A stretch of 45,494 bases of DNA from Methylophilaceae bacterium (GTDB lineage Bacteria > Pseudomonadota > Gammaproteobacteria > Burkholderiales > Methylophilaceae): the NCBI GenBank assembly GCA_014190615.1, contig BJGS01000002.1, forward strand, positions 1-45,494, given 5' to 3'. Shown piece by piece: positions 32,549 through 42,878 of the stretch. Numbering within the stretch: the first letter of the stretch is position 1; every line of letters starts with the position of its first letter. The notes beneath the pieces were generated by a model that worked only from the letters and a program-made list of their open reading frames with translations, was not told the origin of the DNA and made no database searches. The position numbers were made by a program, and so were the translations under genes.

Positions 32549-34102
32549 ATGTCTCTCGGCGAAGCCATTAGAAAAAGAAGAAAGTCCTTAGGGGTCACTC
32601 TTCAAACACTCGCGCAAAACATTATGAGCGACCCTGGTAATCTTTCCAGAATAGAAAGAGGGGAGCAAAATGTCAGCGAAGCACAACTCTTAAAAATTTG
32701 TGAGGCTCTCAACTGCGCACCTTCGAGTCTTTTTGAGAATAACTTAGCCATCCATCCTATCCCAAAATTAGATAGTCAAACATTCGCAAGGTGGTTTAGA
32801 TTAGCTGCGCCCTTCATCAACACCTTTAGCAATAAAACATTTGTGATTGCTTTTGGTGGCGAGCTTCTCGATGAAAATCAATTTACTGCCCTTTCGCATG
32901 ACATCAATTTATTAACCTGTTTAAACGTCAAAATCGTTCTAGTTCATGGGGCAAGACCCCAGATTGATCAGAAACTCAAGAACAAGAAAATCTTTACCCA
33001 ACTCGTAAGAAATGTCCGTGTGACAGACGACTTTGTTATGGAGGGGGTGAAAGAAGCTAATGGCCTTATCAAAATTAATATTGAATCGACACTCTCCTCA
33101 AGTTTATTAAATTCACCCATGGCAGGAAGCGACATTAAAGTTTCGAGTGGAAATTTTATAACAGCCAAACCACTAGGCGTCATCGATGGTGTGGATATGC
33201 AACATACAGGGGAAGTAAGAAAAATTGATAGCGCTGCCATTAAGAAAAAATTAGAAAATAAAGAATTGGTTGTAATATCTCCTATTGGGTATTCACCTAC
33301 AGGTGAAGTATTCAATCTCACAATGGAAGATGTTGCGCTTAAAACTTCGATAGCATTAGAAGCAGATAAACTTATTCTTCTGATTGATTCGGATGGTATC
33401 TTTAATTTAAGAAATGAATTGCTTCATGAAATGACGTTAGAGAAAGCTATTAATCTTTATAAGAGCATTGAAAAAAATAACCCTAAAAAGCGTGACCTCA
33501 TTAACATTAGCACAAATGAATTAGATCTATTAGAGATTGCCATAAAAGCTTCCGAAGCAGGTATTCACAAAATTCATTTAATTAATAGGCATATTGATGG
33601 TGCAATCCTCCAGGAATTATTTACCGATGAGGGTGTAGGTACTGTGATTACCGAGAAAGCGCTCGATTCAATTAGACCCGCCACACATAATGATGTTAAA
33701 GGTATTCATAAACTCATTAACCCTCTAGAAGTTGGAGGCTATCTTATTAAAAGAGGTAAAGAAAGAATTGATCATGAGATAGAAAATTTCTTTGTGATCG
33801 AACATGATAATAAAATTATTGGCTGTGCTGCGCTTTATCCTTACATCGATCATGTCGAATTTTCATGTTTTGCTATTAATAAAAATTATCAATCAAAGGG
33901 CTTTGGTTCAAAACTTTATAATTACTGTGAGAGTATTGCGCGAGATAAAAAATATAAATATTTTTTTGCTTTAACCACAAGAACTGAGCATTGGTTCATC
34001 GAGAAGGGGTTTAAGGAAGAGAGTATTGAGAAGCTTCCTAAAGAAAGATTAGAATCTTATCAGCCTCAAAGAAATTCAAAATTTTTTATTAAAAAGCTTT
34101 AA
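32549..34102 (+). CDS. argA: Amino-acid N-acetyltransferase (N-acetylglutamate synthase) with N-terminal XRE-family HTH domain
   Basis: aa 1-63 are a Cro/C1-type HTH (LGEAIRKRRKSLGVTLQTLA...LSRIERGEQN...LLKICEALNC..SSLF). Then an AAK domain (FARWFRLAAPFI..KTFVIAFGGE, LVHGARPQI, GYSPTGEVFNL, ELFTDEGVGT) and a GNAT domain (QSKGFG, LTTRTEHWF, RNSK). Confidence 0.93.
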   Translation: MSLGEAIRKRRKSLGVTLQTLAQNIMSDPGNLSRIERGEQNVSEAQLLKICEALNCAPSSLFENNLAIHPIPKLDSQTFARWFRLAAPFINTFSNKTFVIAFGGELLDENQFTALSHDINLLTCLNVKIVLVHGARPQIDQKLKNKKIFTQLVRNVRVTDDFVMEGVKEANGLIKINIESTLSSSLLNSPMAGSDIKVSSGNFITAKPLGVIDGVDMQHTGEVRKIDSAAIKKKLENKELVVISPIGYSPTGEVFNLTMEDVALKTSIALEADKLILLIDSDGIFNLRNELLHEMTLEKAINLYKSIEKNNPKKRDLINISTNELDLLEIAIKASEAGIHKIHLINRHIDGAILQELFTDEGVGTVITEKALDSIRPATHNDVKGIHKLINPLEVGGYLIKRGKERIDHEIENFFVIEHDNKIIGCAALYPYIDHVEFSCFAINKNYQSKGFGSKLYNYCESIARDKKYKYFFALTTRTEHWFIEKGFKEESIEKLPKERLESYQPQRNSKFFIKKL

Positions 34103-34128
34103 AATCTTAGAAAAAGATAGGTAGATAA

Positions 34129-35013
<885 letters not shown>

Positions 35014-35640
35014 TTGTCAAAAATTTGGATTTTTGATTTAGACGATACGCTACACGACGCAAGCTCTAAAATATTCCCAAGAATAAATCAGTCTATGACG
35101 GCTTATGTTAGTAATAAACTTAACATTAGCCTTGCCGATGCGCACCAACTTCGAGATAAATATTGGAAGGTATATGGTGCGACCTTAAAAGGTCTCATTC
35201 AAAATCATGGTGTGGATCCACAAGAGTTTTTACTCAACACACATGATGCAGAAGAACTATCCAAGTTTGTAAAACAATCTCATGCTCTAGAAAATACATT
35301 AAAAAAACTTAAAGGCAAAAAAATTGTTTTTACAAATGCGCCACTACATTATGCAATGGCTGTTATCAAAGCACTTCGTATTCAAAAATATTTTTCAGGG
35401 ATCTACAGCATTGAATCTACCAACTATAACCCTAAGCCTTCTCTCTATGCATTTAGGAAAATTCTAAAGCAACTTGGAAAAAGACCTAATCAATGTGTGA
35501 TGGTGGAAGATGATCTTGCTAATTTAAAAACAGCGCACATGATAGGCATGCAAACTATTTTAGTATCAAAGCTAAACAAAAAAACTGCTTTTGTCACAAA
35601 AAGAATTTCAAAAATACAGTACCTAACAAGAGAAGTTTAA
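35014..35640 (+). CDS. Pyrimidine 5'-nucleotidase-like HAD hydrolase
   Basis: FDLDDTL, YGATLKGL, FTNAP, PKP, MVEDDLANL; TTG start abutting argB. Confidence 0.88.
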   Translation: MSKIWIFDLDDTLHDASSKIFPRINQSMTAYVSNKLNISLADAHQLRDKYWKVYGATLKGLIQNHGVDPQEFLLNTHDAEELSKFVKQSHALENTLKKLKGKKIVFTNAPLHYAMAVIKALRIQKYFSGIYSIESTNYNPKPSLYAFRKILKQLGKRPNQCVMVEDDLANLKTAHMIGMQTILVSKLNKKTAFVTKRISKIQYLTREV

Positions 35641-36761
35641 ATAAACTTTTTTAATACATGAAGGCGCGCTTCATAAATTGACGCCTTAATATCAAGATTA
35701 GTTTTATTTTGACTAATTAATCCAAGATTTAGTTTATTAAGATGCTTGAGGTATTTTTGCAGTGCTTTTAAAGTGCTGCCTACTGACTTATATTTTTTAG
35801 CTTGGCCTTCATTGTATGCTTCCAATATCTTGATGATATCAATCAGCACATCTGGATTCCTAAATAAATCCATTTTATAAATTAAATCTAAAATTTGACG
35901 GGGCTTTAACTTTTTAAACTCTTTAAGATCAGTCATATTATCAGCTAATTTCTCAGTTAACTTTCTAACTGAGTTTGGTACTGATAGTCTTGTATAGATC
36001 TTTGCTATGTCTTTGACACTAGTCTTGGAGGTATATACATGCATGAAGAAAATTGCTGCTTTAATATCTAGCGAATATTTAAACTTATTTCCATATTCTA
36101 GGCTTCTCTTAATATAATTTTTATTTTTAACGTAATTAATTTCTGGAATCAATACCTGCAAAGCACCACATTGATGCAATACATCAAACATGAAGTGTGA
36201 TTTCTTTTCTAATAAACCAACTGAGATCTCATGCCAAACTCTTTCAGACGCTACCGCTTCTATCTCTTTGTTTTTTACGATTTTCTTGAGAATGGTTTGT
36301 GTCGTAGGATGAATTTTGAATTGATAAAATCTTGCAGAAAATCTAGCAATACGAAGAACTCTAATCGGGTCCTCTACAAAAGCTGAACTTACATGCCGAA
36401 GAATTTTATTTCTGATATCATCTATGCCGTTAAAAGGATCGATGAACTGTCCTCTTTTATCTTTTGCAATAGCATTTATAGTGAGATCTCTTCTTTCTAG
36501 ATCTTCTTCTAGCGTCACTTCCTTCGAAGCGTAAACTTTAAATCCCTTATAGCCTTTCGACACTTTTCTTTCAGTTCTAGCAAGCGCATATTCATAATGT
36601 GTCTTTGGGTGCAAAAAAACAGGAAAATCTTTACCTACAGGCTTATAGCCCAATTTGACCATTTCTTCACTCGTAGAGCCAACCACGACATAGTCTCTAT
36701 CCTTGACCGTTAAGCCCATGATTTGATCTCGAACCGCACCTCCTACAAGATATACCTTCAT
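35637..36761 (-). CDS. cca: tRNA CCA-adding nucleotidyltransferase (class II), lacking a recognisable HD domain
   Basis: YLVGGAVRD..DRDYVV, VGKDFPVFLHP, EYALARTERK, EEDLERRDLTINA, EDPIRVLRIARF. Confidence 0.93.
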   Translation of the reverse strand: MKVYLVGGAVRDQIMGLTVKDRDYVVVGSTSEEMVKLGYKPVGKDFPVFLHPKTHYEYALARTERKVSKGYKGFKVYASKEVTLEEDLERRDLTINAIAKDKRGQFIDPFNGIDDIRNKILRHVSSAFVEDPIRVLRIARFSARFYQFKIHPTTQTILKKIVKNKEIEAVASERVWHEISVGLLEKKSHFMFDVLHQCGALQVLIPEINYVKNKNYIKRSLEYGNKFKYSLDIKAAIFFMHVYTSKTSVKDIAKIYTRLSVPNSVRKLTEKLADNMTDLKEFKKLKPRQILDLIYKMDLFRNPDVLIDIIKILEAYNEGQAKKYKSVGSTLKALQKYLKHLNKLNLGLISQNKTNLDIKASIYEARLHVLKKFI

Positions 36762-37715
36762 TTATCGGCCAGATTTACTTCTATAAAAGTCATACTTAGA
36801 TCGTATGAGATGCTTATTTTTTTTATTTTTATCTAAATAGTTCTCTAATCGTTCAAAAGTATACCGATAAGGAATTACATGATCTCTACTCACGACATTA
36901 TCAATCTGCATAGATCTCCAATTATCACGCGTCAATACTTTAATCGGCATGAATTCCATACTGAAAGCGAATAAATAAGAGAAGCTTTTATTTAAAGGCA
37001 TGATGAATCGATTTAATTTTTCTGACTTAATAATAAGGCGAATAATATCTTTTAATGAATAAATATCAGGACCACCTAGATCATAAACTTTGCCATAAGT
37101 TTTTTTATCAAACATACTTTTAATTAAAATTTTTGATACATCTTCAATATAAATAGGTTGAAATCTAGATTGGGGCGATAAGAGAATGATAATTGGCACC
37201 CATTTCACAAGGGCCTTAAACATATTAATGAAATTATCCCTAGCACCAAAAATAATTGAAGGTCTTAGGATAGTGACATCTAAATATTTTTGTTTCATTA
37301 GGTCGAATTCACCCAAAGTTTTAGATTTAAGATATAAACTCGGTGCATCCCTTCCAGAGCCAAGAGCGCCGACATGAATAAGCCTTTTAATGCCTGCTTC
37401 TTTCATTATTTTAGCCAAACTACTTGGCCATAGATGATGTATTTTGTCGAATGACTCTTTTTTTGATTGATGCAATATGCCCAAAAGATTAATAACGGTA
37501 TCAGTTTTTTTTAAATCTTTTTTTACCTTTTCGAGATTATGTAGATCGAAATCAAATATTTCAATTTGAGGATCTACAGTGAAAAGTTTGATTTTCTCCT
37601 TATTGCGAGAAAATAATTTTAAATGGTAATTAGATTGGCTTAATTGTGCGACAAGACTTGATCCTATAAATCCTGATGCACCAAAAATTGCAATTGTTTT
37701 TTTTGAATTAATCAC
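36762..37715 (-). CDS. NDUFA9-like atypical SDR / NAD-dependent epimerase
   Basis: GASGFIG, VINLLGIL, YLKSK, RPSIIFG..DNF, FQPIYIEDV; upstream of cca. Confidence 0.88.
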   Translation of the reverse strand: MINSKKTIAIFGASGFIGSSLVAQLSQSNYHLKLFSRNKEKIKLFTVDPQIEIFDFDLHNLEKVKKDLKKTDTVINLLGILHQSKKESFDKIHHLWPSSLAKIMKEAGIKRLIHVGALGSGRDAPSLYLKSKTLGEFDLMKQKYLDVTILRPSIIFGARDNFINMFKALVKWVPIIILLSPQSRFQPIYIEDVSKILIKSMFDKKTYGKVYDLGGPDIYSLKDIIRLIIKSEKLNRFIMPLNKSFSYLFAFSMEFMPIKVLTRDNWRSMQIDNVVSRDHVIPYRYTFERLENYLDKNKKNKHLIRSKYDFYRSKSGR

Positions 37716-37880
37716 TGCGATGTTAGAGCATTCTTATAATAAATATAAGAAGCAGAATTAATGTAATATTTGTGGTCAGCTTTAAATATTTAATATATTT
37801 CTTATTTTTTGTATTTAAATACAAAAAAGTAAAGGCTATCAGTATGGCAAGCAATAAAAATATACAAGCTCTTAATATCA

Positions 37881-38837
37881 TCATTGGTAAACTCCGTTCA
37901 TCGCTTGATTTAAGATATTATTTTTTGAATTAAGATAGCGTGCTGCTAAGTCAGATGTTTTTGGATCTTTACTATCTAAGGAAATGAGATCCCATGACGA
38001 CTTATTCAACTTAAGCGCGAGTAATAATTTATTGTTTAACTCATGGCCCGATTTATATGCTTTGAAATTACCAATAATTGAATACCCCAGCATATAAAGA
38101 TCACCTACTGCATCTAGAACCTTATGTCGGACAAATTCATCATCGTAACGTAAGCCATCAGAGTTGATAATTTTGTACTCGTCTAATACGATTGCATTAT
38201 CAAGGGAACCGCCTCTTGCAAGTCCATTAGATCTTAAATATTCAACCTCTTGCATGAATCCGAACGTGCGTGCACGACTAATTTCAGTAATATAGGATTC
38301 ATCATAAAAATCGACAGCGACTTGATTCGTTAATGCATTATTAAAAACGGGATGAGGAAAGTCGATTGTAAAATCAACTTTAAATCCATCGTAAGGCTCA
38401 AATCTTGCCCACTTATCTTTATCTTTGACTTCAATCACATCCTTAATAAAGACAAACTTCTTTGGGAACTCTTGTTCTTTGATTTTTGCTGTCTGTAAAA
38501 GGTATATAAAAGATATGGAGCTGCCATCCATAATAGGCACTTCTGAACCATCAAGCTCCACAATCACATTATCAATACCTGTTGCAGATAAAGCCGACAT
38601 AAGATGTTCAACTGTTGCAACACGTGAATTATCTTCTCCAATAGCAGAACACATTTTAGTGTCTTTCACAGCTTCAGGGCTCACTTTAATCTCACTTGCT
38701 TTTTTTTGATCAGCTCTTCTAAACACAATACCTTGATCTACTTCAGCTGGCTTTAATGTAATGGTGACTTTTTCACCGTTATGTAAACCCACACCTGAGG
38801 TGTGTACACTTTTTTGTATAGTTCTTTGTCTTATCAT
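37881..38837 (-). CDS. lpxC: UDP-3-O-acyl-GlcNAc deacetylase
   Basis: RQRT, GVGLH, TVEHLMSAL, EVPIMDGS, ARTFGF, RHKVLDAVGDL, KSGH. Confidence 0.97.
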   Translation of the reverse strand: MIRQRTIQKSVHTSGVGLHNGEKVTITLKPAEVDQGIVFRRADQKKASEIKVSPEAVKDTKMCSAIGEDNSRVATVEHLMSALSATGIDNVIVELDGSEVPIMDGSSISFIYLLQTAKIKEQEFPKKFVFIKDVIEVKDKDKWARFEPYDGFKVDFTIDFPHPVFNNALTNQVAVDFYDESYITEISRARTFGFMQEVEYLRSNGLARGGSLDNAIVLDEYKIINSDGLRYDDEFVRHKVLDAVGDLYMLGYSIIGNFKAYKSGHELNNKLLLALKLNKSSWDLISLDSKDPKTSDLAARYLNSKNNILNQAMNGVYQ

Positions 38838-38845
38838 AAAAATAC

Positions 38846-39994
38846 TTATTCGCCTTTTTTCCTTAAGAAAGAAGGAATGTCATATTCTTCCATACCTGAC
38901 ATCTTCATAATTTCAACTTGTGCTCTATTTTCATTTGAGCTAAAAACATCCGGTTCATCATCGCTCGGAATGTCTTCTTCAATAGATGGTTTATTTTGCA
39001 TCATAGGTTTAGGTTCGATACGTGGCATTCTTTGTTTTACATTTTGAGCTAGGCCTGTAGCAACTACAGTCACTCGAATAGAGTTACCCATAGCTTCATC
39101 AATCACATTACCCACGATGACGGTAGCATCAATATCGGCAAATTGTTTAATTGTCTCCATCACCTCATGATATTCCTTCAATGTAAATGCACTACTTGCA
39201 GAAATATTTACGAGTACACCGCGCGCATTAACTAAATTCACATCTTCTAATAATGGGCTTGCAACTGCAGCTTGGGATGCTTTATATGCTCGATGTTCGC
39301 CTTCGGCTAAACCTGAACCAATCATCGCCATGCCCATTTCACCCATCACTGTTTTAACATCGGCAAAATCCACATTGACTAAACCTGGACTATTAATAAT
39401 TTCTGAGATACCTGAAACGGCATTATGCAACACGTCGTTAGCTGCATTAAAGGCTTCTAAGAAGGGAATGCTTTCACCTAATACTTCCATAAGCTTTTCA
39501 TTTGGGATAACAATTAAAGAATCCACATTTTGCACTAATTCATTAATGCCCTCTGCAGCGATAGCCGTTCTTTTACCTTCGAATAAAAAAGGTTTTGTAA
39601 CAACCGCAATAGTTAAAATACCTAACTCTTTTGCAATCTGAGCAATCACGGGTGCTGCGCCTGTTCCAGTTCCGCCGCCCATACCTGCTGTAATAAACAA
39701 CATGTCAGCGCCTTTAATTGAATTAATAATCTTTTCTTTATCTTCGATGGCGGCTTGTTTTCCTATTTCAGGTTTAGCACCTGCGCCTAATCCTTTGGTC
39801 ATCGCTTGGCCAATTTGTAATATATGACTTGCACGGCTTTTCTTTAGCGCTTGCATATCAGTATTGGCACATATGAATTCAACGCCTGTTAAATTCTTAT
39901 TAATCATATGATCAATAGCATTTCCACCGCAGCCACCTACCCCAATGACTTTTATGATGGCATTTTGAGACTTGCTATCAATAACTTCAAACAT
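38846..39994 (-). CDS. ftsZ: Cell division protein FtsZ
   Basis: GVGGCGGNA, GMGGGTGTG, NVDFAD, C-terminal DIPSFLRK. Confidence 0.98.
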   Translation of the reverse strand: MFEVIDSKSQNAIIKVIGVGGCGGNAIDHMINKNLTGVEFICANTDMQALKKSRASHILQIGQAMTKGLGAGAKPEIGKQAAIEDKEKIINSIKGADMLFITAGMGGGTGTGAAPVIAQIAKELGILTIAVVTKPFLFEGKRTAIAAEGINELVQNVDSLIVIPNEKLMEVLGESIPFLEAFNAANDVLHNAVSGISEIINSPGLVNVDFADVKTVMGEMGMAMIGSGLAEGEHRAYKASQAAVASPLLEDVNLVNARGVLVNISASSAFTLKEYHEVMETIKQFADIDATVIVGNVIDEAMGNSIRVTVVATGLAQNVKQRMPRIEPKPMMQNKPSIEEDIPSDDEPDVFSSNENRAQVEIMKMSGMEEYDIPSFLRKKGE

Positions 39995-40010
39995 ATCTTA
40001 TCTCCAAGAA

Positions 40011-41249
40011 TTAAAAGTTACCTTGAAACCAATTCTTCATTCTCATAAAGACTTGATTTATGGAATTGCCATCAATCTGATTCATCATTTCTTTTTCTAA
40101 TTGTCTCTTGCCCATAAGCAACAATCCAATACCTGTTGAATATCGTGGGTTATCTACGATTTCTGATAGGCCACCTATATCTCGCGGTGTGCCAATTCTT
40201 ACAGGCATCCTAAATACACTTTCACCAAGATTAACCATACCTCTTAACAAAGAAGAACCCCCTGTAATCACAATGCCAGAAGCTATCATATCTTCCATAC
40301 CACTTCGTTTCAACTCATGGGCAACTAGCTCATAAAGCTCGACCAATCGAGCCTCAATAACTTCTGCTAAAGCAAGCTTTGAAATCGTTTTGGATTCTTT
40401 TCCATCGACTACAGGAATTTCTATTTGCTCAGTTGCTGATGCTAAACTTCTAGCCGCATACCCATGTTTGATCTTAATATCTTCTGCAGATGGTAAAGGC
40501 GTTCTGAATGCAACAGCAATATCGTTATTGATTTGATCCCCAGCAATAGGGATGACCGCTGTATGACGAATAGAGCCATGTCTTAACACGGCAATATCTG
40601 TAGTACCGCCGCCAATATCTACCAAACACACTCCTAATTCTTTTTCATCATCTGTAAGGACGGCCATGCTTGAAGCTAAAGGTTGTAAGACTAATTCAGA
40701 TACCTCGAGTCCACAGCGCTTAATGCATTTCACGATGTTTTGAGCTGCAGCGATAGCGCCTGTGACGATATGCACTTTTACCTCTAACTTCATTCCGCTC
40801 ATACCGAGTGGCTGACGGACGTCTTCTTGCCCGTCAATGACATATTCCTGAGTCAAAATATGAAGCACTTGCTGATCATTAGGAAGTGTAATGGCGCAAG
40901 CAGTTTCAATCACTTTCTCGACATCTAATTGAGATACTTCTGTATCTTTAATTTTAACCATACCGTGAGAATTAATACTTTTAATATGGCTGCCTGCAAT
41001 GCCTGCATAAACATCAGTAATTTTGCAATTAGCCATCAACTCTGCCTCTTCAATAGCTCTTTGAATTGATTCCATTGTGGAATCAATATTAATCACCACG
41101 CCTTTTTTTAAGCCTTTTGAACTATGCTGCCCCAAACCAATGATATTAAGTAAGCCATCGGGTTTTAGCTCTGCCACAATGGCAACAATTTTGGAGGTCC
41201 CAATATCAAGTCCAACGATTAATTTTTTATCTTCTTTATTTTTGATCAT
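40011..41249 (-). CDS. ftsA: Cell division protein FtsA
   Basis: GLDIGTSK, VDIGGGTTD, ITGG, C-terminal amphipathic MKNWFQGNF. Confidence 0.97.
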   Translation of the reverse strand: MIKNKEDKKLIVGLDIGTSKIVAIVAELKPDGLLNIIGLGQHSSKGLKKGVVINIDSTMESIQRAIEEAELMANCKITDVYAGIAGSHIKSINSHGMVKIKDTEVSQLDVEKVIETACAITLPNDQQVLHILTQEYVIDGQEDVRQPLGMSGMKLEVKVHIVTGAIAAAQNIVKCIKRCGLEVSELVLQPLASSMAVLTDDEKELGVCLVDIGGGTTDIAVLRHGSIRHTAVIPIAGDQINNDIAVAFRTPLPSAEDIKIKHGYAARSLASATEQIEIPVVDGKESKTISKLALAEVIEARLVELYELVAHELKRSGMEDMIASGIVITGGSSLLRGMVNLGESVFRMPVRIGTPRDIGGLSEIVDNPRYSTGIGLLLMGKRQLEKEMMNQIDGNSINQVFMRMKNWFQGNF

Positions 41250-41980
41250 ATCAGCGGCCTCTCACCACTATCTATTTTCTGAATCGGTTCATTTGATTTT
41301 CTTATTGCAAAACCATTAGGGTATCTTAAGTCGGCGGAGCCAATTCTTTTGACTGAGGATAAGACATTGTCGTATTGAGTAACGAAGCGAGACAGATTTT
41401 CTTCGATATTATCTTTACTTAAAATAATTTTCATATTATTAGTTGTTCTAATATCCCAAGTGTACCTAGATGACAGAGAAAGTTGCGCAATTTTTAATTG
41501 TTTTTTATCTAAAATACTTTGCATTTTTTTATACTCTAATGCTATATAACTTTCAGTTCCCTCTGGGCCAAAAAATAAAGGGAGATCTTGATCTGAGGCC
41601 CCATGAAAAATTTCACCATTTTCATTTACAAGCGCTATAGCCCCCCATCTTCCGATCGCTTGATGTTCCTCAACTACTACCTCTAATCGGTCTGGCCACA
41701 CTCTTCTTAAGCTGACATTTCTTACCCATGGCAATTTAGTAAAAGCTTCTTTTGTACTAAATAAATCAAGTGAGAAAAAATTACCTTTTACAAAGCGATC
41801 TGAAATCATACTGACTTGATCTTCATCAAGATGTTGGTATTGGCCAACAACTTTTATTTCTCTAATAGGGAACTTTGCAAAATGCATAAATTGATAACTT
41901 AATAAAAAGAGTACCAAAATAATATTAAGTAAGAAAACTAAATTACCTAACCAATATACTTTTAAATAATTATTTAACAT
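41246..41980 (-). CDS. ftsQ: Cell division protein FtsQ
   Basis: Single TM, POTRA (LPWVRNVSLRRVWPDRL), DLRYPNGFA. Confidence 0.93.
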   Translation of the reverse strand: MLNNYLKVYWLGNLVFLLNIILVLFLLSYQFMHFAKFPIREIKVVGQYQHLDEDQVSMISDRFVKGNFFSLDLFSTKEAFTKLPWVRNVSLRRVWPDRLEVVVEEHQAIGRWGAIALVNENGEIFHGASDQDLPLFFGPEGTESYIALEYKKMQSILDKKQLKIAQLSLSSRYTWDIRTTNNMKIILSKDNIEENLSRFVTQYDNVLSSVKRIGSADLRYPNGFAIRKSNEPIQKIDSGERPLI

Positions 41981-42878
41981 CTGCTGTTTTCAGTATCTCT
42001 AAAACTAATTGATCAAAATTAATACCTACCTCTTTTGCTGCCATAGGAACTAAACTATGGCTTGTCATGCCCGGCGACGTATTAACTTCAATAAAATAAT
42101 GTCGACCTGCTTTATCCATCATAAAATCTACACGGCCCCAACTCGAACATCCAACTGCTTTAAATGCTTTTAATGCTTCCTCAGATATTGAAGCCTCTTT
42201 ATTCTTTTCAATACCTGAAGGACAAATGTACTGTGTATCATCTTTAATATACTTAGCTTCGTAATCATAAAATTCATTACTGGGTTTAATTTTAATTACT
42301 GGAAAGGTTTTACCATTCACAATAGCGACCGTAAATTCTTCTCCATCCACAAATTTTTCAACGATCACATTTGTATCGATCTTCGATGTTTTTAGAAAGG
42401 CTTCTTGATATTGTTTTTCGTTCTTTATCTTATCAATACCAATACTAGAACCTTCATTAGATGGCTTAATAAAAAAAGGTACACTAATAGCATCTAAAAT
42501 CTCTATATAAGAAGTCTTTTCGTTTACTTGCAGAAAATCAGGTGTTGGAATATTTAATGAGCGCCATAATAATTTTGTTTTAATTTTGTCCATTCCAATA
42601 GCCGAACTTAATGAATCACTACCGGTATAAGCAACATTTTTTGATTTTAAGAAAGCTTGCACCGAGCCATCTTCGCCGCCTCTACCGTGCAAGGTAATAA
42701 AGACTCTGTTATAGCTTTGAATCTCATTAATATCTCTATCTGAAGGATCAAAAGCTTCCGCCTCAATACCCAAACGTTTTAATGCGAGGAATACTGCACC
42801 GCCACTTAAAAGTGAGACAGCCCTTTCATTGGAGTCGCCTCCCATGAGCACTGCAACTTTTCCAAAATCATCTCTCAA
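41970..42878 (-). CDS. ddl: D-alanine--D-alanine ligase
   Basis: GGDSNERAVSLLSG, LHGRGGEDG, EGSSIG, YDYEAKY, EVNTSPGMT. Confidence 0.96.
   Translation of the reverse strand: MRDDFGKVAVLMGGDSNERAVSLLSGGAVFLALKRLGIEAEAFDPSDRDINEIQSYNRVFITLHGRGGEDGSVQAFLKSKNVAYTGSDSLSSAIGMDKIKTKLLWRSLNIPTPDFLQVNEKTSYIEILDAISVPFFIKPSNEGSSIGIDKIKNEKQYQEAFLKTSKIDTNVIVEKFVDGEEFTVAIVNGKTFPVIKIKPSNEFYDYEAKYIKDDTQYICPSGIEKNKEASISEEALKAFKAVGCSSWGRVDFMMDKAGRHYFIEVNTSPGMTSHSLVPMAAKEVGINFDQLVLEILKTADVK

Noticed and set aside
32549-32740. XRE HTH as a prophage repressor remnant
   Set aside because: No phage, integrase or S24 peptidase sequence nearby, and the domain is intact and in frame with ArgA in a core-gene context.
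37716-37880. AT-rich gap after lpxC as possible ncRNA or origin
   Set aside because: No stable hairpin, DnaA-box cluster or convincing ORF; likely just promoter or breakpoint sequence.
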